From Escherichia phage BEK12A, in sequence record MN158210.1: DNA of 52,716 nt; one strand, given 5' to 3'. The notes under the pieces are model-generated. The model made no database searches and had not been told where the DNA came from. It saw nothing but the letters and a program-made list of their open reading frames with translations. Positions 46,602 to 52,716 of this stretch are shown here, in pieces. The position numbers and the translations under genes were made by a program. Numbering within the stretch: the stretch's first letter is position 1; the number at the start of each line of letters is the position of its first letter.

Positions 46602-46811
46602 ATGGACCAGAACAAAACAGCAAAATATAAATTCACTGACGACTACGGAGACACTATCGACGTTTATCAGCGTGGGAATCAGATCTTTATAGATGGCACT
46701 TTCGAATATGGCCGGATGCCAGACTTTCGGGGAATACTTTCGGCAGAGAGCGCGCGCCGCATGGCGAACGTGTTAAATAAACTGGCGGCAAAGATTGAGG
46801 CGATGCAATGA
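46602..46811 (+). CDS. hypothetical protein
   Basis: 69 aa ORF. Confidence 0.4.
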   Translation: MDQNKTAKYKFTDDYGDTIDVYQRGNQIFIDGTFEYGRMPDFRGILSAESARRMANVLNKLAAKIEAMQ

Positions 46812-47602
46812 AAAAATACACTTTCGAACTGTGGGGCAAGAAGTACGAATTAATGACCAGTAAGCCGATTGTTATCGTTGACCTGGACGGCACACTATCG
46901 GACGGATCGCATCGTTTGCATTTGCTGCCAACTGAAAACTTGCACCTTACGGAATCGTGGCGCGAGTTTAACAGGGCCGCCGCCGGAGATTCACCGATTA
47001 AAAGCACTATCGCGGTTATTAACGGTTTATGGGTGTCGGGATTTGCCATCGTCATCTTGACCGGACGCAGCGACGAGGTTCGCTATGAAACCTGCAAATG
47101 GTTGAATGAGAACGGCGTGAAGTTTGACGAAATCATCATGCGCCGCCAGGATGACAACCGAAAGGATACGGTTATTAAAGAAGAAGCCTTGCGCGCTATT
47201 GGCCTGGGCAACATTGTTTGCGCCTTTGACGATTCGCCGAACGTGGTTAAGCACTTCCGCAGCTTGGGAATCACAACCTATCAGGTCACGGAATACGACA
47301 AGCCACACGCTCACATACAATCTCACGGCGTGGATGAATTGAAGCCAAAAATCGAATGCGAAGGCGAGCACTGTTTTAGTGTGGTTGATGGTAAATGTTT
47401 GCGTTGCGGCGTGGAATCAATCAAGATCACGAAGCGCGCCCGATTCGTTGGCAGCAAAGATAGCCTTGTCAATGCCAACTTTATAAAAGATAAGGTTTAT
47501 GATGTTTGGAGCTACAACGAAACGGCGTTTCTCGTGTGTGATGAGGCAGGAACGGCCTGGCAGTTTAAGCACGACGACGGCGATTTTGTTAATGCGGAGT
47601 AA
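46808..47602 (+). CDS. HAD-superfamily phosphatase with C-terminal Cys-rich domain (polynucleotide 3'-phosphatase / nucleotidase-like)
   Basis: motif I VIVDLDGTL (DxDGT), motif II-like VILTGR, distal DD; C-terminal CEGEHC...CLRCG zinc-ribbon-like. Confidence 0.55.
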   Translation: MKKYTFELWGKKYELMTSKPIVIVDLDGTLSDGSHRLHLLPTENLHLTESWREFNRAAAGDSPIKSTIAVINGLWVSGFAIVILTGRSDEVRYETCKWLNENGVKFDEIIMRRQDDNRKDTVIKEEALRAIGLGNIVCAFDDSPNVVKHFRSLGITTYQVTEYDKPHAHIQSHGVDELKPKIECEGEHCFSVVDGKCLRCGVESIKITKRARFVGSKDSLVNANFIKDKVYDVWSYNETAFLVCDEAGTAWQFKHDDGDFVNAE

Positions 47603-47608
47603 TTATAA

Positions 47609-47800
47609 ATGGCTGACTTTATGCATCAAATGATTGTTGTATTTAAGGGCAGTGAAGATGAAGAGGTTCGCGAATGCTTCACCATTGAGAAATCATACAG
47701 CGCATCTTTAACCAGTTTTGGCAACATATCTATGATTGATGATAATGGCGATCCGTGGATTTTTGAAGATGATACGGATTGCTTTGAGATTAAAGAATAG
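47609..47800 (+). CDS. hypothetical acidic protein
   Basis: 63 aa; stop TAG in box. Confidence 0.4.
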   Translation: MADFMHQMIVVFKGSEDEEVRECFTIEKSYSASLTSFGNISMIDDNGDPWIFEDDTDCFEIKE

Positions 47801-47840
47801 CACTTTTTGCAAAAACAGATTGTCGGGCTTGCGGTATAGT
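47797..47840 (+). promoter_or_regulatory. conserved box (variant GCAAAAAC) - hairpin - TATAGT module
   Basis: ATAGCACTTTTTGCAAAAAC, GGGCTTGCGGTATAGTAAGCCC, then CATCAACAAACGAGGA. Confidence 0.55.
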
Positions 47841-47868
47841 AAGCCCATCAACAAACGAGGATTAAATC

Positions 47869-48132
47869 ATGGCTAACAAGATCGAGTTTTTTAAAGCGGT
47901 AGACATTATTGATGGCGCTCCGAGCTTCTTTGCCATCCATTCTATTGACGGCAAGGATATTGGGTACAATGTTATCCGTCGAGATGGAATCTCAAAACTT
48001 AGTGACCTGGTAGGTCGAGTTGCGTCAGACGGTAAATGCTCATGCCCCGATTCGAAACGAGAGCCACGCCGCCGCGACATGGTAGAGCCTGTTCTGCTTT
48101 ACACCCTGGTAGTAGAAGGAGAAAATAAATGA
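47869..48132 (+). CDS. hypothetical protein
   Basis: 87 aa ORF with RBS CGAGGA. Confidence 0.4.
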   Translation: MANKIEFFKAVDIIDGAPSFFAIHSIDGKDIGYNVIRRDGISKLSDLVGRVASDGKCSCPDSKREPRRRDMVEPVLLYTLVVEGENK

Positions 48133-48370
48133 TTTGATTACTTGCTTTTTTGGTTGTTTTTCTTTACATTTCAGGCTTATTCACGTTCCGCGCGTTTGCG
48201 AAATATTCTGGCGCGACAGACAAGGACGATAAAATAGTTCTCGCTTTCTGGTTTGTTTGGGTGTGGTTAGTAATTTACGAGATCATCAGAGACAAACAGA
48301 AATTTGATTGGTGATTCTTGCTATGGCGCATTCATGCAGTGCGCCATGTTGAGAAAACCTAAAGGGGGAA

Positions 48371-48514
48371 ATGATGCGTAACTTTGAAAAAATCATTACC
48401 AAAAAGAAGCGTCGCGGGTACGATGAGCATGTGGAGTTTGTGAACAAACAGCGCAAGAAGCGCCATAGACGCGAAATGCTGCATAATATCAACTCACGCT
48501 ATGGAGAAAACTAA
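48371..48514 (+). CDS. small basic protein (47 aa, not in ORF track)
   Basis: ATG after RBS AAAGGGGGA; Lys/Arg-rich; stop abuts next start. Confidence 0.3.
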   Translation: MMRNFEKIITKKKRRGYDEHVEFVNKQRKKRHRREMLHNINSRYGEN

Positions 48515-48706
48515 ATGCAATTGCCACCATTTGACAAAAAAAGCGAAGAGATTGCCAAAACTGCATGTCACCTTCGAGAGCTTGCCGACATGATAGAGCG
48601 CGGTCAGGTTATGATTGTCAATATGACGATCAAAAGCGAGAATAGAAATTTCAAGGTTTTAAGCGAGACAACAGAAATTACCGTCTTGAAAGCAAGGGGA
48701 GAGTAA
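48515..48706 (+). CDS. hypothetical protein
   Basis: 63 aa ORF. Confidence 0.4.
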   Translation: MQLPPFDKKSEEIAKTACHLRELADMIERGQVMIVNMTIKSENRNFKVLSETTEITVLKARGE

Positions 48707-48708
48707 TC

Positions 48709-49299
48709 ATGAAACGAGACATTATCATCCTTAATGGGCCTCCAGGTTGCGGGAAGGACACTATTGCAGCTTACCTAACGGGCCATCGTTACCAAGCGGT
48801 TAAGGCATCATTCAAGCAACCTATGTTCGACATTGCTTTTTCTATGCTTGGCCCGACTCGATACGATGAATTTATGGACCTGTACAACGACCGAGAGCAA
48901 AAAGAAAAGCCTCAAGTTATCTTAGGCGGCAAGTCACCTCGACAATTCATGATCTGGATTAGCGAGGATGTAATGAAGCCAGTTTTTGGGGATCACTATT
49001 TCGGGCGTCGAATGGTTGAAGAGATTCACGAGATGTACCGAGATTTGGCGGTTGTGATCAGTGATGGCGGATTCCCCGAAGAAATCAAGCCGCTCGTTAA
49101 GGCGGGGCATGAGGTGCATATTTGCCGATTGCATCGCTACGGCTTCACGTTTGCTGGCGATTCGAGAGACTACATTGACCTGAGCGGTTATCACTATCGA
49201 ATCCATCACTATGATTTCCACTTGCAGGACGGTAAGCCGGAACTGGCTGTAAACGAGATCGTCAATGCTGTCAAATGGAAGCACACACAGATTAAATAG
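48709..49299 (+). CDS. P-loop kinase (nucleotide / polynucleotide kinase-like)
   Basis: Walker A ILNGPPGCGKDT at extreme N-terminus, typical of small NMP/polynucleotide kinases. Confidence 0.5.
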   Translation: MKRDIIILNGPPGCGKDTIAAYLTGHRYQAVKASFKQPMFDIAFSMLGPTRYDEFMDLYNDREQKEKPQVILGGKSPRQFMIWISEDVMKPVFGDHYFGRRMVEEIHEMYRDLAVVISDGGFPEEIKPLVKAGHEVHICRLHRYGFTFAGDSRDYIDLSGYHYRIHHYDFHLQDGKPELAVNEIVNAVKWKHTQIK

Positions 49300-49339
49300 C
49301 ACGAATTGCTAAACGCGGGGTTATCGGCCCCGCTATAAT
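49296..49339 (+). promoter_or_regulatory. variant conserved box - hairpin - TATAAT module
   Basis: ATAGCACGAATTGCTAAAC, GCGGGGTTATCGGCCCCGC, TATAAT; stop TAG in box. Confidence 0.45.
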
Positions 49340-49369
49340 GCTCACATCAACAAGCAAGAGGAAATCACA

Positions 49370-49750
49370 ATGGTTAACATTCGAAAAATCCGCGTCGGCA
49401 CTAAATTCTTAGTTACTTACGCAATTCCAGATAGCGGAATGAAGAAGGGCCAGATTGTTAAGGTTGATAGCAAAAGGTTCGGAATCCCTGGTATCAATGG
49501 CTATCTAATCAATAGAGATCTTGGATTCGACGGCTTCGCTATCCGTGCGCTTGAGGGTATTGTTGCCACTCTTAAGCGAATCACTAATCATCGCGGTTGT
49601 CCAATCAAGACGATTAAAGCGCCAACCAATTACGGCAAACTGGATAATCGTCGAATCCGCCGCCTGGCGCGTAACGCGTTAAAATTCCGTGGCGTAGGCG
49701 ATGATTTCTACTATGGTTACAAGAGGATTGCGCGCAATGCTGGGAAATAA
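49370..49750 (+). CDS. hypothetical basic protein
   Basis: 126 aa ORF. Confidence 0.45.
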   Translation: MVNIRKIRVGTKFLVTYAIPDSGMKKGQIVKVDSKRFGIPGINGYLINRDLGFDGFAIRALEGIVATLKRITNHRGCPIKTIKAPTNYGKLDNRRIRRLARNALKFRGVGDDFYYGYKRIARNAGK

Positions 49751-49849
49751 CAATAACGCAACGAATCCTAAGCCACCTTTTGATTTTCATTCCGCAATGA
49801 TTGCGGTATTATTAATGCTAATTTTTCTTTATAGCATGAGGGCGCTACT

Positions 49850-50098
49850 ATGGTTTTTAACGCATTGAAACGACTGTTTAAGCCGGAATACCGGATCGTA
49901 TTTTGCCGCGACTGTTCTACTTATCATGTGCAGCGACGCAGCTTAGGCGGCAATTGGCACTATGTTACAGACGACTTTTTCGGCATCATTGCCACTGAAT
50001 TTAAGTATTACAGTGATGCTTATATGTACGTCAAGAAGCGCCACCGCTTACGCAAGTGTCGTTTTTCCGTACTGATTCACGTTAATGATTGTTACTGA
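49850..50098 (+). CDS. hypothetical protein
   Basis: 82 aa ORF with RBS GAGGG. Confidence 0.4.
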   Translation: MVFNALKRLFKPEYRIVFCRDCSTYHVQRRSLGGNWHYVTDDFFGIIATEFKYYSDAYMYVKKRHRLRKCRFSVLIHVNDCY

Positions 50099-50105
50099 GG
50101 TGAAA

Positions 50106-50288
50106 ATGAAAACTGGTATTATTATTCTTTTCCTGATCCTTTTCGGCAGCCATTTAACCATTAACTATGAGGGCATTATGGCCTTTTGGGGCAACTTGAT
50201 GATTTTTGCCGCTGGTTCAATTACTGGCTACTCTGACGGGAAAAAGGACGGCGTTCGCAAGATGCTGATGGGACTTAAACAAAAATAA
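50106..50288 (+). CDS. small membrane protein
   Basis: ATG at codon 8 of the 50085 ORF; two hydrophobic segments. Confidence 0.4.
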   Translation: MKTGIIILFLILFGSHLTINYEGIMAFWGNLMIFAAGSITGYSDGKKDGVRKMLMGLKQK

Positions 50289-50299
50289 GGGGATCTGAA

Positions 50300-50590
50300 A
50301 TGGCAAACAAAACTTACCGCAAACTACTGGTTAACGCTTTTGAAAACATCGCGCAGTCTAACAAGTGGAACGACTCTAAACACTCGCCAGTCACAATGAA
50401 GCGCGTCGGATTCAAAAATGCTCGTTCATGGGCGCGAGCTTTCGCAGCTTGCTATATGCCGGATGGTGGGCTAGGAGCGATGAACGATTTTTTGATCAAC
50501 ATGATAGAGGAAGCGGCGCGAGAGGATCGACCGCTGACACAGCGAGATTTTGACGACTTCGCGCGCGATGAGCTTTACTATCTGAGCTAA
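50300..50590 (+). CDS. hypothetical protein
   Basis: 96 aa; stop TAA abuts box. Confidence 0.45.
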   Translation: MANKTYRKLLVNAFENIAQSNKWNDSKHSPVTMKRVGFKNARSWARAFAACYMPDGGLGAMNDFLINMIEEAAREDRPLTQRDFDDFARDELYYLS

Positions 50591-50631
50591 TAGCACTTTT
50601 TGTTAAAACTTCCGCAAGGGCATTTGATAAA
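50590..50631 (+). promoter_or_regulatory. conserved box - hairpin - GATAAA module
   Basis: ATAGCACTTTTTGTTAAAAC, AAGGGCATTTGATAAAGTGCCCTT, then GAAGCGAAACAGAGGA. Confidence 0.55.
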
Positions 50632-50665
50632 GTGCCCTTATTGAAGCGAAACAGAGGAAAGCGCA

Positions 50666-50878
50666 ATGAAAATCAAAATCACCAAAATCGACACTATCAA
50701 CGGCGACGGATCAATCACTCTTGAGCAATGCGGTTTGGTTGTTGGTGATGTGCTGGAGGTTGACGGTCATTTCAGCGACGGATCTTATTGTGTTATTGCG
50801 CCGCGTAACAGCGAGTTTATCAAGGCTGGCGATAATATTAGTGTTAACCATGACGAATGCGAGGTAGTAGAAGAATGA
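50666..50878 (+). CDS. hypothetical protein
   Basis: 70 aa ORF. Confidence 0.45.
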   Translation: MKIKITKIDTINGDGSITLEQCGLVVGDVLEVDGHFSDGSYCVIAPRNSEFIKAGDNISVNHDECEVVEE

Positions 50879-51138
50879 TCACGATTAACCTGTCAGAGCA
50901 GCAAGCGCGCATTATGTTAGCGGCCTTTGGCTGGCGAGATGATGACGGCATCCAGGCAACGGTTAAAATTCCTGAGCCAGTTGCGCGTGAAGTTTTCAGC
51001 CAGCTAGAACACGCATTTGATCCTGCTGGGACTGAGCAAGCGGAAACTGCCGCATGGTTCGGAGAGAACGGATACAGAGATCAGCAAGTCGAAAACTGGA
51101 AGCGCATAAACGAGACTATGGAGGAATCAGGTTTATGA
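50875..51138 (+). CDS. hypothetical protein
   Basis: ATG at codon 7 of the 50857 ORF, ATGA coupling. Confidence 0.45.
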   Translation: MITINLSEQQARIMLAAFGWRDDDGIQATVKIPEPVAREVFSQLEHAFDPAGTEQAETAAWFGENGYRDQQVENWKRINETMEESGL

Positions 51139-51449
51139 TTTACATTCACTACTACCAAATCGGAACTAACGAGAACAAAAAAGAGCATCGTTTCATCCAC
51201 GATGATTTGGACAAGGCAAAGGCACAGCAACAGGTTTTAGGCGGCGTCATTCAGGCTTTTGAGCCTGTAGAAGATATTGAGTACCGCGAGCATTTAAAAG
51301 ATGTTGTTATTGATGAGATCTCTTGCTTGATTGATGATATGACAAATCACGGCCCTGGTTCCCCGTGGGAAGACGCAGGATCTGTAACGTGGGACAAGGC
51401 CAAAATTAAGACGCTAAACAACTTTCGAGAGATTCTCGACGGTTTTTAA
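51135..51449 (+). CDS. hypothetical protein
   Basis: ATG at codon 28 of the 51054 ORF, ATGA coupling. Confidence 0.4.
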   Translation: MIYIHYYQIGTNENKKEHRFIHDDLDKAKAQQQVLGGVIQAFEPVEDIEYREHLKDVVIDEISCLIDDMTNHGPGSPWEDAGSVTWDKAKIKTLNNFREILDGF

Positions 51450-51648
51450 TTAAAAAACGCATAGCCGTTAGAGCGCCTCAATCGCATTCTAACGAGCTAT
51501 TTTTCTGGTAAGGTGATTTAATGGATGAGTACAAACAACCTTCGCAGTGGTGCAAAGAGAAGCAAGAAGAGGCACTGGAGCGCGGAGATGTGGAAGAAGC
51601 TATGAACTATTTCAAACTTGCGGAAGAATGGAAGGGGAGAGGATACTG

Positions 51649-51879
51649 ATGTTCGGCATGAATGAGGCGCAATTCAACGCAGCTAAACGCCAGGCTAAAA
51701 AGTGCGGCGAGGCGATGAAAGCGGATGTGGAAAAGCGCGGGAAGTATGTTGATGAAGTAATGAAGGGCATCATTGCAGAACACTACCAACCAATCGCGCC
51801 AATGTTGACGATCACTCAATTCATTTGGCTATGTGGTTACTTGCGCGGACGCTGGGGGAACGCTTTCGACAGGGAATGA
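51649..51879 (+). CDS. hypothetical protein
   Basis: ATG at codon 35 of the 51547 ORF; preceded by a possible 42-aa ORF at about 51521..51649. Confidence 0.35.
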   Translation: MFGMNEAQFNAAKRQAKKCGEAMKADVEKRGKYVDEVMKGIIAEHYQPIAPMLTITQFIWLCGYLRGRWGNAFDRE

Positions 51880-52150
51880 TTGACAACTCTTTCCTGATTG
51901 GTTAGCATGGCGTCGTTTACATAAGAGCGGCTTAGTCCGAACGCGTGACGCGATAGTCACACAACAACGGCGATATGCAGGAGGTTTTTGCAATGCAAAA
52001 TAATCCGTAAGACGTATCGCCTTTTTTAATGGAGATCCAAAATGATTAAATACAAATTAACCGTTTCTTTCCGTGATACCGTTATTCATCCTTTCTACAA
52101 TAGCTTTGTTAACAGCTTTACAGTAGAAGTTACAGAGGATTAGCTAGACG

Positions 52151-52417
52151 GTGACGAAACTTGCATTTCTATTGGAAATGTTGCTTACCCGATTCACAAC
52201 ATTACCAGCATTAAGCGTGAGGTTGTCGCTGATGAATTACAAAGTGAAGATGACGATCCGGCGAATGGGGCGTAATTGCCAATCATGCAAACAGGAATAT
52301 GAATGCGTAGTTGATGCTCTTGATGAACTGGAAGCAGTAGCAAAAGCAAAAGAGCAATCGGGCGCTAATCCTGAAACACATCAATTTTCAATTAACCTTG
52401 TGAGGGCTTTACAATGA
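52151..52417 (+). CDS. hypothetical protein
   Basis: 88 aa ORF. Confidence 0.4.
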   Translation: MTKLAFLLEMLLTRFTTLPALSVRLSLMNYKVKMTIRRMGRNCQSCKQEYECVVDALDELEAVAKAKEQSGANPETHQFSINLVRALQ

Positions 52418-52638
52418 TCGCATTATCTTTCTTCATTGGTTTTATCATGGCTATCATTATCTTTTCCGTTGTCATGCGCTTTGCTTATAAGTTCGTTATT
52501 AATAAAGGCTGGTACGCTTCTGCAATCTGGAGCGAAAAACAAAAGAAATGGCTTGTACGTGGTCAATACCTGATGATCGGCAGCAAGATCCTAAATTCCA
52601 TTCGAGCCAAAGATGGAAAAGTAAAATATACAGCTTAA
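52414..52638 (+). CDS. small membrane protein
   Basis: N-terminal TM segment ALSFFIGFIMAIIIFSVVM; last gene before terminator. Confidence 0.4.
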   Translation: MIALSFFIGFIMAIIIFSVVMRFAYKFVINKGWYASAIWSEKQKKWLVRGQYLMIGSKILNSIRAKDGKVKYTA

Positions 52639-52644
52639 AAATTA

Positions 52645-52668
52645 CCCGCCGCACGGCGGGTTTTTTAT
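52645..52668 (+). terminator. strong rho-independent terminator
   Basis: CCCGCCGCACGGCGGG plus TTTTTTATT. Confidence 0.75.
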
Positions 52669-52679
52669 TGCCCGTTGTC

Positions 52680-52716
52680 TGGTATAATCAGGCATCTAAC
52701 AAAAGGAGGATTGACA
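52680..52716 (+). promoter_or_regulatory. extended -10 promoter (TGGTATAAT) and RBS (AGGAGG) for the ORF at base 1
   Basis: TGnTATAAT followed by AAAAGGAGGATTGACA at the window end; ATG at base 1 lies 7 nt after the SD when the ends are joined. Confidence 0.55.

Noticed and set aside
49767-49815. Hairpin CCGCAATGATTGCGG followed by a T-rich run as a terminator inside the rightward early operon
   Set aside because: The T-run is interrupted (TATTATTAATGCTAATTTTTC) and the element sits mid-operon; it could be a weak attenuator, but evidence is thin.
31402-50631. Interpreting the box-hairpin modules as ordinary rho-independent terminators
   Set aside because: The hairpins are preceded, not followed, by the T-rich box and are followed by purine-rich leaders rather than U-tracts; the constant 17-19 bp spacing to a TAnnnT hexamer fits a promoter-like architecture better. 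Terminator function on the opposite strand (hairpin then GTTTTAACAAAAAG) cannot be excluded.

Overview
The window reads as a complete, circularly permuted genome of a virulent T1-like siphophage (Drexlerviridae-type architecture), about 52.7 kb, linearised at the start of the putative small terminase gene. The last bases of the window carry a terminator, an extended -10 promoter and a Shine-Dalgarno that serve the ORF beginning at base 1. Layout: (i) rightward structural module 1-20.9 kb (terS, HNH, terL, HNH, portal, head morphogenesis, protease/scaffold, capsid, connectors, major tail, chaperone, tape measure, lambda-like M/L/K/I/J tail tip); (ii) leftward lipoprotein plus two ORFs downstream of J (candidate receptor-binding/exclusion locus); (iii) rightward recombination module (exonuclease, annealing protein, SSB); (iv) leftward HTH protein, primase and side tail fiber with C-terminal chaperone domain; (v) rightward helicase, VRR-NUC, lipoprotein, Dam, phosphoesterase, holin-endolysin-unimolecular spanin; (vi) long leftward early operon 35.9-43.5 kb of small genes with two HNH endonucleases, a methyltransferase-like protein and a P-loop ATPase; (vii) rightward early operon 44.2-52.6 kb with HAD phosphatase and P-loop kinase. 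No integrase, repressor, CRISPR array or obvious tRNA was seen. The most striking signal is about 19 copies of a conserved 20-bp box (ATAGCACTTTTTGTTAAAAC, stop codon of the upstream gene embedded in its TAG), usually followed by a GC hairpin and a TAnnnT hexamer about 18 bp downstream but with no -35 at the sigma-70 position; I interpret this as a phage-specific promoter/regulatory class. Other leads are two homologous AT-rich noncoding regions feeding consensus sigma-70 promoters, phased TAATCA iterons, a promoter-terminator pair that could make a small RNA upstream of J, and a (TA)5 tract where a 2-nt slip would fuse two adjacent ORFs. Protein calls rest on motifs read by eye; I could not run searches. 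Manually counted coordinates of non-coding features and small ORFs may be off by 1-2 nt.
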